IMG/VR virus record: IMGVR_UViG_3300033066_002255
DNA: 64,000 nucleotides
Source: a virus
Lineage: Duplodnaviria > Caudoviricetes
Strand: one strand, 5' to 3'
In this document: in pieces, positions 28,747-38,815 of the stretch
How positions within the stretch are numbered: position 1 is the first letter of the stretch
Layout of the letters: every line of letters starts with the position of its first letter
The notes under the pieces: generated by a model
The model's input: only the letters and a program-made list of their open reading frames with translations
Told to the model about the DNA's origin: nothing
The model's database searches: none
Program-made: the position numbers and the translations under genes

Positions 28747-29741
28747 AAATCATTTATTTTTTTATTTATATTATTTTTTTCTATAAATTCGTTATAAGCC
28801 TTTGCGGCTTCTAATTCAGAATTATATGAACCAATATAATTATGTTTTCCATTAAAATAAACAGAAGATTCCCATTTTTGAGGCTTTTTTTTAAAGCTTA
28901 CTCCAAAATATTTAGAAGTTCTTTTTTTGTTAATATCTATTTTTTCCCAATTTGGGATTATGTTTAATTGAGCACTATTACCATATAATTCTAAAGCCTT
29001 TTTGTTATACGCTATCGCAGCATGAATTTCTTCTTTAAAGTGTCCTATGATAATAGATTTTCTATTAAATCTTACTGTTGCTCTCCAGAGTTTATCTTTA
29101 TTATCAATATAACTAACTCCAATATATTTTGAGCTTGTGTTTGAATTTTTAAAACCTAAAAGAGTTTTGGAAATTTTATTTTTTGTATCTTCTGAAGGCG
29201 GTAATCGTCTACTTTGAGATTCGCTCATTTTTATTTTAGATTCTGTAGAATGAGAACGACCTAAATTAGCTTTAGAAATTTTTTGACTTGTTTGCTTTTT
29301 AATGTCTTCTGGAATATTTTTATATGATATTCTTCTATTTTCTTTTTCTTGTTCAGATACTTTTCGTCCTAAGCATTTTCCCTTATTTGAATTGCCTATT
29401 TTATTTTTAGTTTCTTGAGACAATATCCTACCAGAAACGCCCTCTCCTCCATCTGTTGAATTAACTAAAATTCCCATGTTTTTATCTGCTCTACCAAAAA
29501 GTTTAATATAGAATTTTTCAGAAAAGTTACATAACTCTTCATTTTTACAAATCTTAATTAATTTAATTTCTGGGATTAAACTTTGTTTTTTAAGAGAATT
29601 AAGCCAATTGGTTTTATGAGTTTTTGTTTTATCTTTGAGATGACCATTAAACAAACGTCTATTTAAATTTTTAGTTGTTTTACCTACATATCTAACCTCA
29701 TTTGTTCTTGGGTCTATTAAAAAATATATTTTATATTCCAT
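28743..29741 (-). CDS. GIY-YIG homing endonuclease with NUMOD3 repeats and two AP2 DNA-binding domains (start revised to ATG 29741)
   Basis: KIYFLIDPRTNEVRYVGKT, N.TDGGEG, S.ETK.KI repeats, SKY.GVS...W......IG.F/Y..E..AA.AYN twice. Confidence 0.9.
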   Translation of the reverse strand: MEYKIYFLIDPRTNEVRYVGKTTKNLNRRLFNGHLKDKTKTHKTNWLNSLKKQSLIPEIKLIKICKNEELCNFSEKFYIKLFGRADKNMGILVNSTDGGEGVSGRILSQETKNKIGNSNKGKCLGRKVSEQEKENRRISYKNIPEDIKKQTSQKISKANLGRSHSTESKIKMSESQSRRLPPSEDTKNKISKTLLGFKNSNTSSKYIGVSYIDNKDKLWRATVRFNRKSIIIGHFKEEIHAAIAYNKKALELYGNSAQLNIIPNWEKIDINKKRTSKYFGVSFKKKPQKWESSVYFNGKHNYIGSYNSELEAAKAYNEFIEKNNINKKINDL

Positions 29742-29827
29742 GTTGCATTTTATTATAAATAGAATAAAAATTCCCAAACTGACAAAAGGCTTAAAATTTA
29801 AAACATTTTTTTGAAATATTTATTTAA

Positions 29828-30286
29828 ATGAATATAAGGAAAATTATTAGAGAAGTTTTGACTAATCATATAAAGAATTTAAATAAACCATATATAGTTA
29901 ATATTAATGGTGAAATGTTTTATCACCAAACCAATTGTAATAATATAAAATCCATAAAAGATAATGGCTTTAAAAGTGATTTACATAATGGTCAAGCAAG
30001 ATTTACTCATGGAGTATATTTTTTAAATCATCCAGAAGGAAGATATGGAGATTGTACGTTACAAGCTAATATTTATGGAAATTTTTTAGATTTCAGAGAT
30101 GAAAATGATATTTTGGGAGATAAATGGATTAATTTTAGAGACTCTTATGAATGGGATAATTATATAGATTTAACAATTAAAATGAGACAAGACAATAAAG
30201 ATATAGATGGTCTTATTTTTGATAATCTATTAGTTGTTTGGTATCCAGAAAAATGTATTAAAAATATTTCTGAATATAATTTGTAA
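29828..30286 (+). CDS. ADP-ribosyltransferase-fold (ART-PolyVal-like) protein with N-terminal tag
   Basis: FYHQT...IKDNGF...GVYF...YG...DIDGLI...VVWYP; N-terminus MNIRKIIREVL; TATTTAT at 29817. Confidence 0.55.
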   Translation: MNIRKIIREVLTNHIKNLNKPYIVNINGEMFYHQTNCNNIKSIKDNGFKSDLHNGQARFTHGVYFLNHPEGRYGDCTLQANIYGNFLDFRDENDILGDKWINFRDSYEWDNYIDLTIKMRQDNKDIDGLIFDNLLVVWYPEKCIKNISEYNL

Positions 30287-30294
30287 ACATAAAA

Positions 30295-30393
30295 TTAAAA
30301 CAAGTTGTTCTCAATTAAATTGTCAATATCATCTTTATCAATGGTATCCTTAACTAAAGGAATTCTTTCAAGGTTTTCATTATTTTCTGACAT
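30295..30393 (-). pseudogene. Orphaned 5' fragment of colD (32 codons)
   Basis: Translates MSENNENLERIPLVKDTIDKDDIDNLIENNLF*; 16 aa identical to the ColD N-terminus. Confidence 0.85.
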
Positions 30394-30440
30394 AATATAT
30401 TTTTTTAAAAAATAAGAATGAAAACCAATAAAGTAAATAA

Positions 30441-31358
30441 TTAAATAGAATTATTATCTAGCAAATATTGATAAGTAGTCTTTATTCCTTGTTCTAATTC
30501 TATAGATTTAAAATCAGGAATAACCCTTTTTAATGTTTCGATTGAAACATCTTTTCTATATTGGCCATCTGGATAGCTATCATCAAATTGTATAGTTAAT
30601 TTTTCAGCATCACAAGCTCTTAAAGCAATTTCAGCCATTTGTTTGATACTAAGATTTTCTTCTGTAGCAACATTCATATTATCAGTTATATCATTCTCCA
30701 AGCAATGATATATAACCTTAGCCAAATCATCTGAATGCATAAACTGCCTTAAAGGATTGCCTGTTCCAAATAATACAATTTTATCATCACCATTCTTTTT
30801 TGCAATATGAATTTTTTTAATTAAAGCTGCAATAAAATGACTATTATCTCCATATTTATCATGTTCACCATAAAGGTTGCATGGTATTAAATATTGATAA
30901 TTGGTGCCATATTGTTTGTTATAAGCATCTATTTGAACTGCTTGAGTTCTTTTTGCATAACCATAAGAAAAATTTGTAGGAGTTGGTGGTCCCTTATGTA
31001 AATCAGTCTCAACCATAGGATATGAATCTACTACATCAGGATATATACAAGTACTTAATATACCAATTAATCTTTCTACTCCATGTCTATAAGCGGAATC
31101 AACAACCAAAGTATTCATCAAAACATTGTCAGTAAAATATTCTGCAGGCTTATTGATATTATCTATAATGCCACCAACTTTTGCAGCGAGATGAATTACA
31201 GCTTCTGGTTTATAAAATTCAAACATAGCTTCTATATTTTCTGCAACAGTTAAATTAAATTCATTAGATGATAAAAACACAGCGGTGGGCATAAGTTTTT
31301 GTAATGATTTGCCAACCATGCCTGAGCCTCCTGTAACTACAATTCTTTTATATTTCAT
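30441..31358 (-). CDS. fcl: GDP-L-fucose/colitose synthase (Fcl/ColC-type reductase)
   Basis: VTGGSGMVG, HLAAKVGGI, STCIYP, YGYAKR, PCNLYG, GTGNPLRQF. Confidence 0.88.
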   Translation of the reverse strand: MKYKRIVVTGGSGMVGKSLQKLMPTAVFLSSNEFNLTVAENIEAMFEFYKPEAVIHLAAKVGGIIDNINKPAEYFTDNVLMNTLVVDSAYRHGVERLIGILSTCIYPDVVDSYPMVETDLHKGPPTPTNFSYGYAKRTQAVQIDAYNKQYGTNYQYLIPCNLYGEHDKYGDNSHFIAALIKKIHIAKKNGDDKIVLFGTGNPLRQFMHSDDLAKVIYHCLENDITDNMNVATEENLSIKQMAEIALRACDAEKLTIQFDDSYPDGQYRKDVSIETLKRVIPDFKSIELEQGIKTTYQYLLDNNSI

Positions 31359-31360
31359 AA

Positions 31361-32149
31361 TTAAATTTTTATCCAACCTTCACAATAAAGGTCATTTGTA
31401 TTATGATTTTCATATGCTGGACCAAACCATTTTGACGGAGCGATAACTTTTTTTTCTGGATTTGCATTTAACCATGCAGCCCACCAACTAAATGTAGAAT
31501 TACAAATAATATTATCATTACAATGACTCATAATATATAAATCTTCATAATCTTTATTCCCCTCTATAAATACAAACTTCTCTGGTAAATCTGGGAAATT
31601 TGCTTTACACCATGCGATATCATCTGAGAATATTAAGAATACAGTATCTTTGGGCATTTGTTTAATAGCCTTCATATAATAATTCATATTTTGCGTTGGA
31701 TGATGGTCTGGTGAATTTAAATAATCACCTCTTCTAACATGAATAGAACAAGTGTGTTTTGTTTCTAATATATTTTTTATTTCTTCTTTTATGTCAACAT
31801 CGTAAGATGTAAATAAATTTCTTATTTCATCTTCATATTCTTTAAAGTATTTTTCAGTTTGAAAATAGCCATAAAGTAATATGTTTTTATCTGGGGAGTC
31901 TTTTAATTCATTATAATGAAATCCACTTTCATTTATCTGTATTCTTCCGTTTCCTTGTGGTGTGTGATACAAATCAATATTTTTGAATATGTTATCATTA
32001 TAGACAGTAACATGCTGATGTTGACCGCTTGATTCTTGGCAATTAAATCCTACTGACTTATTATGTTTTTTACCATATGCATATGTAGCTGCAACTTGAA
32101 ACATATAGTTTCCAAGCCCTCCCATTAGTATCGCTGAAACTTCATTCAT
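31361..32149 (-). CDS. GT11 alpha-1,2-fucosyl/colitosyltransferase
   Basis: GGLGNYMFQ, GYFQTEKYF, HVRRGDY, FSDDIAWC, NSTFSWWAAWL. Confidence 0.92.
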   Translation of the reverse strand: MNEVSAILMGGLGNYMFQVAATYAYGKKHNKSVGFNCQESSGQHQHVTVYNDNIFKNIDLYHTPQGNGRIQINESGFHYNELKDSPDKNILLYGYFQTEKYFKEYEDEIRNLFTSYDVDIKEEIKNILETKHTCSIHVRRGDYLNSPDHHPTQNMNYYMKAIKQMPKDTVFLIFSDDIAWCKANFPDLPEKFVFIEGNKDYEDLYIMSHCNDNIICNSTFSWWAAWLNANPEKKVIAPSKWFGPAYENHNTNDLYCEGWIKI

Positions 32150-32153
32150 AATT

Positions 32154-32846
32154 TTAAGGTTTAATTAATATCCCCTGTCCAGTAGGAGATGTATAGATTA
32201 ATAAATTTTTAGAGGCAGCAAAAGCATCATGAGATTTCTTTTGATTTTCATGTCCAGGAAATCCATAGTCATCAAAAATAACTATTGCGCCAGAAACTAA
32301 TTTAGGCCAAAAGAACTCAAGAGCTTCAGCTTCTGGTTTAACAGTATTCATATCAATACTTAAAAAACTTACTTTTTCAATATGTACTGTAGAAAGAACA
32401 TCTGGAATAGCTCCTTTTATTATTTTAGCACTTTCATTTTTCGAAAATCTTTCAACTATTTCATCGTGCCAAGGATTATTTTTTGTATAGTAATCTCCAG
32501 TTCTTAAAAGTTCTTCTTGAGTACTATGCTCTTTTGATAATCCTTCAAAAGTATCTATTAAATAATAATTTTTAGAAAGACTTTCGAAATTTAAATAAGA
32601 AAGTATCGCAGAAGCAAATAGACCAAAACCTGCTCCGCACTCTACAAAATCTCCATCTAAATTCTCAGCTTGTTTAGCTGCCCACAATAAAGTGTGTATT
32701 CTCCAGCGTATATCATAACTTGAGTCAGCTAATAAAAGTCTTCCCTTGTCTGCTTTTACACATTCAGCATAAGCTTCTATAAATTTATCTTCTAACATAA
32801 AACCAGTATTTGCATTGGTTCCAACTATATCTCCAGTATAAAGCAT
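32154..32846 (-). CDS. TylF/MycF-family O-methyltransferase
   Basis: GDFVECG, DTFEGL, FDDYG motifs. Confidence 0.85.
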   Translation of the reverse strand: MLYTGDIVGTNANTGFMLEDKFIEAYAECVKADKGRLLLADSSYDIRWRIHTLLWAAKQAENLDGDFVECGAGFGLFASAILSYLNFESLSKNYYLIDTFEGLSKEHSTQEELLRTGDYYTKNNPWHDEIVERFSKNESAKIIKGAIPDVLSTVHIEKVSFLSIDMNTVKPEAEALEFFWPKLVSGAIVIFDDYGFPGHENQKKSHDAFAASKNLLIYTSPTGQGILIKP

Positions 32847-32848
32847 AA

Positions 32849-33463
32849 TTATTGTATTTTTTTTAAATATCCATTAACGTTGAATGTAGCATTCTTACCG
32901 AAAAAGTCACACCATTTTCTATCAATTACATAATCAGAATTATTATTCATGAATTCTGCTATTGCCTTTAATGGTCCTCCATTATAATCAGGATAGCCTA
33001 ATTCATCTATGATACCATCCTCTACTATAAAATAAGAATTTTTTGTTGGTATAGTTTTAAATTTATTTAAAGATGCTATAACATCTTCATAAGTATGAGA
33101 ACCATCATCTATAACTAATATAGTATTAAACCCCTCAGCATTTTTTAAATCATAAGATTGATATCCTCCAAGAAATCTTTTTATTCTTGAATGATTTTTG
33201 ACAAGTTCGCTGTCAACCATATCAACTATGTCAATAGTATGAATTTCTCCATGACCTATTTTATCCATAATATCAGCCATATACAAAGCGCCTCCACCAG
33301 CATTAGTACCAACTTCTATTATTAAATCTGGTTTAATTTCATTTATAATCATTTGGTAAATTATATAATCAAATGGGCATCTTATATACCTTACACCTCT
33401 ATAAGAAACATTGTGGTGTCCACTGCAAATGCTCTTAACATCAAAATTTACTGAATTATCCAT
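32849..33463 (-). CDS. CmcI-family (cephalosporin hydroxylase-like) methyltransferase
   Basis: PFD..IYQMII..IKPDLIIEVGT..GG.AL, DDGSH, YFIVED, GP..AI. Confidence 0.85.
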   Translation of the reverse strand: MDNSVNFDVKSICSGHHNVSYRGVRYIRCPFDYIIYQMIINEIKPDLIIEVGTNAGGGALYMADIMDKIGHGEIHTIDIVDMVDSELVKNHSRIKRFLGGYQSYDLKNAEGFNTILVIDDGSHTYEDVIASLNKFKTIPTKNSYFIVEDGIIDELGYPDYNGGPLKAIAEFMNNNSDYVIDRKWCDFFGKNATFNVNGYLKKIQ

Positions 33464-34091
33464 TTATTTTTTTAGCTATACAAATTATAAAATCTTTTTT
33501 ACCAATGTTTTCAACAACATTATGATTAACATAATCTTGATAAAAATATTTCTCAACTTCAAAATATCCTTCTAAAAGCTTAGGTATAACATCTTCTGTA
33601 ATATAAAAAGTTCTATGAAAAATTCTTGAATATTCATTTTCAACTTGATTGTATGGAGTTGAAAATATAAGCTTTCCATCATCTTTTAATGCCTTATGCA
33701 TTATAGGGATAAGAAGCTTAATTTCTTCTGGAGTAAAATGTTCAATTGTTTCAAACGAAACAATTTTATCAAATTTGTTTTCTTCAGTTACATCTAATAA
33801 ATTTGCCTCAATAAATGTAGCATTTGTTTCTCCAGAATATCTCTGATTTATTTCTTCTATGGTAGTTTTATCTATGTCATATCCATAAACTTCTTTACAT
33901 TTTTTACTTAACATTAAAGACCCATAACCTGAGCCACATGCCATATCGCCAATAATATCATTCTCCTCAATTAAAGTGGCGGCTAATTCATATCTCTTAT
34001 AGTGGGATTTTTGATACATGTCAAATGAATCATAATTCATATTATAAAAATTTATGTCCATTCTTTCACCATTATTTTCTAAATTTTTCAT
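33456..34091 (-). CDS. Class I SAM-dependent methyltransferase
   Basis: H..RY, DMACGSGYG, FD.IVSFETIEH, STP. Confidence 0.88.
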   Translation of the reverse strand: MKNLENNGERMDINFYNMNYDSFDMYQKSHYKRYELAATLIEENDIIGDMACGSGYGSLMLSKKCKEVYGYDIDKTTIEEINQRYSGETNATFIEANLLDVTEENKFDKIVSFETIEHFTPEEIKLLIPIMHKALKDDGKLIFSTPYNQVENEYSRIFHRTFYITEDVIPKLLEGYFEVEKYFYQDYVNHNVVENIGKKDFIICIAKKING

Positions 34092-34101
34092 TTTTTTGTT
34101 T

Positions 34102-35616
34102 TTAGTTGTTAAATTTATTTTTTATATACTCTGTTTCTTTTTCTTTTATTTCATTTGAAATCATGTTATTATATTGATTATCCCAAATTCTATTTACTAC
34201 ATTTGTTGAAGTTAATATGATTGGGTCTCCAAATTCTTGTTGCATTCTAATATAATAATCACAATCCATCATCCAAATTATATTTTCGTCAAATCCAACA
34301 TTATAAGGCTTTAAGAAACTTATAACACTTGGAGAGCTAATTGTATTAACTCCACTTAATAATTTTTCTTTATCAAATTCAGGCATAAAATTATTATAAA
34401 AATCTATTCCATTTTTAGAATGCTCACAAGAAGATACAAGCCATTTTTTGTCTGGATTGTTATCAAAACTTTCTTTTATATCTTTCAGGCTATCTGTAGA
34501 ATAAAGAAAATCATCTTGAAATAATATTTTTACAATTCTACCTGTAGAAAATTTTATTGCATTATTAATATTAGCAGAGGAATTTCCTAAATTTTCAGAA
34601 TTTCTAAAATATTTTATATCAAGAAATTTAGAATATTTCTTGCATAAATCTTTTATAGAATTATCATTACTATGGTCAGAAACTACTATTTCAAAGTCCG
34701 TAAAACTTTGACTTCTTAATTTTTCGAAGCTAAATTCAAGAAATTCTGAACCAAAACCATGCATTTCATAGGCTGGTATTGCTATTGAAATTTCTTTAGG
34801 AACTTTTCTGTTTGATGTTGTATCCAAAATTTTATTTATTACTATTTCTAATCTATCAATAATAGTAATATATTTTTTTGATAATTCATAGTTTTTATTT
34901 ATAAATTCTAATTTTTCACTATAAGTATTTTCATTTATAGAATTACATACTTCTATAATTTCTTCTAAAGAATTGACAATAAAAAATCCACGTGTATCAA
35001 AAAAATCTCCTATGTTATCACAACCCCAAAAAATTGGAATAGTTTTAGTTGTAAGACAATCTATTAATTTTTCTGTAAAAAAATTTTTTTGTTTAGAGTT
35101 TTCTATACAAATATGAAATTGAGACTCAAAAAGCGGATTTTTACTTTCATCTAATATCTTATTTTCAAAGCTATTTTCTACCCCTCCATATTTACTGATA
35201 TAAAAGTCTTTATTATTTTTTATTTTATTTTGTTTATAATGTACTTTTTTTCTCAACAAATGTCCTTTAGTTATTTCCTTAAAACCTGTCAAATGAGAAA
35301 TCTGAAATTTTTTAACGCTTGACAAATCAAAATTATTAATCCAAGAAGTACCAAACTCTAAAAAATAAGCATTTGGACAACTTAGTAATATTTCTTCATC
35401 GTATGTAATAATAGCATCAAATTTTTCTTTATTATTTAAAACATGAGATTTGAATTTGCTTATCTCTTCTGATTCTTTAACCCATAATATTTTAAAACTA
35501 TTATTGTTTGGATTATATCCATTAAAATTATCTACAAATAGTTCTATAGGTCTATCAAACTCTACTGAAATATTTGGCCATCCTGATTCACTCGTACTAT
35601 TAATTATTTGTTTCAT
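34102..35616 (-). CDS. Bifunctional glycosyltransferase: GT10-like (alpha-1,3-fucosyltransferase) plus GT2
   Basis: FHICIENS...FFTEKLIDC....TIPIFWG; ISIAIPAY, VVSDHS, LFQDD. Confidence 0.8.
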   Translation of the reverse strand: MKQIINSTSESGWPNISVEFDRPIELFVDNFNGYNPNNNSFKILWVKESEEISKFKSHVLNNKEKFDAIITYDEEILLSCPNAYFLEFGTSWINNFDLSSVKKFQISHLTGFKEITKGHLLRKKVHYKQNKIKNNKDFYISKYGGVENSFENKILDESKNPLFESQFHICIENSKQKNFFTEKLIDCLTTKTIPIFWGCDNIGDFFDTRGFFIVNSLEEIIEVCNSINENTYSEKLEFINKNYELSKKYITIIDRLEIVINKILDTTSNRKVPKEISIAIPAYEMHGFGSEFLEFSFEKLRSQSFTDFEIVVSDHSNDNSIKDLCKKYSKFLDIKYFRNSENLGNSSANINNAIKFSTGRIVKILFQDDFLYSTDSLKDIKESFDNNPDKKWLVSSCEHSKNGIDFYNNFMPEFDKEKLLSGVNTISSPSVISFLKPYNVGFDENIIWMMDCDYYIRMQQEFGDPIILTSTNVVNRIWDNQYNNMISNEIKEKETEYIKNKFNN

Positions 35617-37384
35617 TTAATTCTTTTTTTAATAAATTATATGATTCTTCATTTATATCAATATTATTTAAAGCTTCTTTATACAATAATTTATGGTACA
35701 ACCCAAATCTTTTTATAGCCCAATCTGCATATGAAGAAGAAGCATTTTCAAGTCCTTTATTATAAAATTTCATTCCAGAACCTACACCTGCAAAATGCAT
35801 TAAATTTTCTCCGAAATCCATATCTGAATTTAATTCAGAAAATTTATTTTTCCTATTACCTTCTAATGTCAAGCCCCCAACTTCATCAGGATTTAAGAAA
35901 TAAATCTTCCCTTTGTTATTTAAAATATCAAATGATACTGGGTCAAAATAATCTAATATAGGATGTCCTAAAGGATTATGATATCCAACTATCATTTGCC
36001 TTAATGTATTAAAATCATATGTACTAATTTTGTTTTTATTAAATGCATAAAAATATGTTTGAGATACGTCTGATAACTGAGACAGGTCTGTTCTACCATT
36101 CATATTATTCTTATAACATCTAACTGGACCTATTAGGTCATAGCCTTCATTTATTTTATCTCTCAACAAAGAAAGAGATTCTTTTCTGAAAATTACATCA
36201 CTATCAAAATGAACAATATAGTTATAGCCTTTTGAAAATTCTTTAATAACTTTAGCGCCAATATGAGCAGTACCAAGATGACCATTTTTAAAGCATTCCT
36301 TTAATTCAAGGTCTTCACTTAATTCAATGTATTCTACATTTTTAAACTTTCCAACTTCTTTAAAGTCTTTTGCTGTACCAAAAATATGTACAATTTCATT
36401 AGGATGATACAGAAAAAAAGATTCTAAACATTTTTTTAATATTAAACCACATCCATAAGCTTCAGTGAATATATATACTTTATTGTCTATTTTAGTATCA
36501 TTTATAAACAAAGTACTTTTTTCTTTTATAAAATTAAGTCTATTTTTTTTATTCATAGCTCTAAATTGAAGCATATAATTTTCCATTTGATATAACAAAG
36601 GATTTGTAGCATGTGTTGGCGGGTGCCACATATGAAGCATATCTATTGGAGGATTGTCAGCATAATCAACTTCACCTAATAGTGTAATTGCTTTATCCCA
36701 AATTATTTGGTCTTCAGCAGCATATCCCCAAAACAATTCAGGGTCAAAACCTCCAATTTGATTATAAAAATCTTTTTCAAATATAATAGAACCTCCTTTT
36801 GACCCAAATATAGCTGGAACAGATACTCCATGACTTAATTCTGTAAGGGCATTATAATCAATTTTATTTGATAATACCTCATCCGTTAATTCCTTAGACA
36901 TATACAAAACCCTTCTTTTACCATATGTTTGCATAGCCTTAGATTCTTTTAAATTTTCATATAATTCTATAAAAAAATTTTCTTTTACTAAAATATCTAA
37001 ATCATGCAATAAATAGTACTTTGCAGAGTTTGAATATTTTACTCCAAAATTATAAGCAAAACTTCTGCTATATTGTTCAGTTACATTTCCAGGAGTCCAT
37101 AAATAATTTACAGACCCAACTAATAAATCTTTATTATCTGGGTTTTCACTATGTTCAACAAAAGTTAAACAAAATCTTTTTGGCGTAGGAGAGTTAATTT
37201 TAAAAAAATCAAAAGCTTTTTGGAAAGAATTTATTAAAGGCGATATAAATTCTTTTCTACCTCTAAAACCAATTATTATATTAATGTCATATTCTTCATT
37301 GTTTAATAAGAAAACTTCTGATTTTTCTCTTATTTCACTATAGCTAAATTCATTTTTTTTTAATGATTCAAATATATTTTCCAT
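35600..37384 (-). CDS. Two-domain glycosyltransferase (GT7-like plus a second GT-A domain)
   Basis: HDLDIL, IGGFDPELFWGYAAED, HMWH; second DxD in HFDSDV. Confidence 0.75.
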   Translation of the reverse strand: MENIFESLKKNEFSYSEIREKSEVFLLNNEEYDINIIIGFRGRKEFISPLINSFQKAFDFFKINSPTPKRFCLTFVEHSENPDNKDLLVGSVNYLWTPGNVTEQYSRSFAYNFGVKYSNSAKYYLLHDLDILVKENFFIELYENLKESKAMQTYGKRRVLYMSKELTDEVLSNKIDYNALTELSHGVSVPAIFGSKGGSIIFEKDFYNQIGGFDPELFWGYAAEDQIIWDKAITLLGEVDYADNPPIDMLHMWHPPTHATNPLLYQMENYMLQFRAMNKKNRLNFIKEKSTLFINDTKIDNKVYIFTEAYGCGLILKKCLESFFLYHPNEIVHIFGTAKDFKEVGKFKNVEYIELSEDLELKECFKNGHLGTAHIGAKVIKEFSKGYNYIVHFDSDVIFRKESLSLLRDKINEGYDLIGPVRCYKNNMNGRTDLSQLSDVSQTYFYAFNKNKISTYDFNTLRQMIVGYHNPLGHPILDYFDPVSFDILNNKGKIYFLNPDEVGGLTLEGNRKNKFSELNSDMDFGENLMHFAGVGSGMKFYNKGLENASSSYADWAIKRFGLYHKLLYKEALNNIDINEESYNLLKKELNETNN

Positions 37385-37385
37385 T

Positions 37386-38072
37386 TTAAAGTAGATATTT
37401 TTTTAATAAGTTATATGTATAATTTTTTTTAAGTTGATAATTTCTTTTATCTAATATCTTTTTAAATTCACAATTATCAACTTCGTACTTTGAAGTTATT
37501 CCCTCAAAAACTATTGGACTATTTTTTTTAAGTATTTGCATCATCATTGTAGCTAAATGTAACACTTCAATTCTATTATCAAATGCTATATTTAATTTAA
37601 CATCTACAACATCATTTTTTTTATATTCTTCAATTATAGGAGGTAATATTTCTATTAAATCGTCTATGTCTATTAAAAATCTTGTAGTTTCTGGAGAAAT
37701 TCTTAATTCTAATTCAGATTGTATTTTATTTTTAAAAAAATTAAATAAAGTGTGCTGATTATCAGTTTTTCCAACTACAATAGGCAATCTAAATATTATC
37801 TTTTTTTTAAAAGAATTACTTATAAGATTTTCCATATAATGTTTGTGTTTAACATATTCAGAATTGCAAGATTCTGAATCGTAAATACTACAAGTACTAA
37901 AATAAACTAATAAAGAATTTTTATCTAAAGCATTTAATAATTCAACTTCTCTCTTAAAAGCTTCTGGATTATTTTCTTTAGAATTAGACACGCCAGAAGC
38001 AAAAATAATAATTTCATTATCATTTTCATATTGCTTAAAAGCCTTAGCTAACATTCCATTGCCAATTACCAT
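37386..38072 (-). CDS. Short NAD-dependent epimerase/dehydratase-like protein
   Basis: IGNGMLA, FASGVSNS, YFSTCS, YVKHK (YxxxK), FRLP. Confidence 0.75.
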   Translation of the reverse strand: MVIGNGMLAKAFKQYENDNEIIIFASGVSNSKENNPEAFKREVELLNALDKNSLLVYFSTCSIYDSESCNSEYVKHKHYMENLISNSFKKKIIFRLPIVVGKTDNQHTLFNFFKNKIQSELELRISPETTRFLIDIDDLIEILPPIIEEYKKNDVVDVKLNIAFDNRIEVLHLATMMMQILKKNSPIVFEGITSKYEVDNCEFKKILDKRNYQLKKNYTYNLLKKYLL

Positions 38073-38815
38073 TCTAATGTTTCTAAAGGTTCATTTTTTT
38101 GTTTAGAACGAACATAATTTGCCAATTCTATTTGACGAGATTCATTTAAGGCTCCATCTCTACTTGAATTAGCTACATTATAAACATATAAAATATCTGA
38201 TATATATCTACTTTTATCTCCAGCTAATTCAAGCATAGGCAACATAATTGCTTGGTCTCCAGCTGTATCTAGCCATTCTCCATCTTCTCTTGTAAAGTTA
38301 TTTTTATCTAATTTTAACAAAAGCTCTCTTCTCCAAGTTCTTAAATGAGAGGCAAGCCATTGATATTCTTTAAAAGAGTTATTTTTAATTACTTCATCTG
38401 GATATGCCCTATAAATATTAGATACACTTCTATATGGAAATTCTTCGTAAGTTCCATATGTCATCCACACTTCTCCAGAATTATAAACTTCATTAAGCTT
38501 TTGCAATACTTTACTATTTTTGAACCAATCATCTCCGTCTATAGATACTATTATAGAGCCTGGTTTTGATAGTTCAGTTAACCATAAAAAATTAGCTACC
38601 TGAGGAAGGCGTTTATCATTTTGATATATTTTTAAATTTTCAAAATCATTAGCGTACTTTTGAGCAATTTCATAAGTTTTATCTGTCGATAATGCATCAA
38701 CAAGAATAACTTCAAAATTATCATATTTTTGAGTTAAACATGTACTTAGGCACTTTTCAATCCATTCTTCATGATTGCATGTATCTACAATTATACTAAA
38801 AAAATTATTCATCAT
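38066..38815 (-). CDS. GT2 glycosyltransferase
   Basis: Q.YDNFEVILVDALSTD, DGDDW, SHLRT; paralog of next gene. Confidence 0.85.
   Translation of the reverse strand: MMNNFFSIIVDTCNHEEWIEKCLSTCLTQKYDNFEVILVDALSTDKTYEIAQKYANDFENLKIYQNDKRLPQVANFLWLTELSKPGSIIVSIDGDDWFKNSKVLQKLNEVYNSGEVWMTYGTYEEFPYRSVSNIYRAYPDEVIKNNSFKEYQWLASHLRTWRRELLLKLDKNNFTREDGEWLDTAGDQAIMLPMLELAGDKSRYISDILYVYNVANSSRDGALNESRQIELANYVRSKQKNEPLETLEW

Larger units (their letters stand above)
28675..30309. mobile_element. Homing-endonuclease cassette inserted in the 5' end of colD
   Basis: Bounded by two synonymous variants of the LVKDTIDKDDIDNLIE coding segment; contains the GIY-YIG gene and an ART-like gene. Confidence 0.65.

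Noticed and set aside
28675-30309. Group I intron in colD carrying the GIY-YIG gene
   Set aside because: No GC-rich intron core is visible, the insert contains an opposite-strand gene, and the downstream colD has its own complete start
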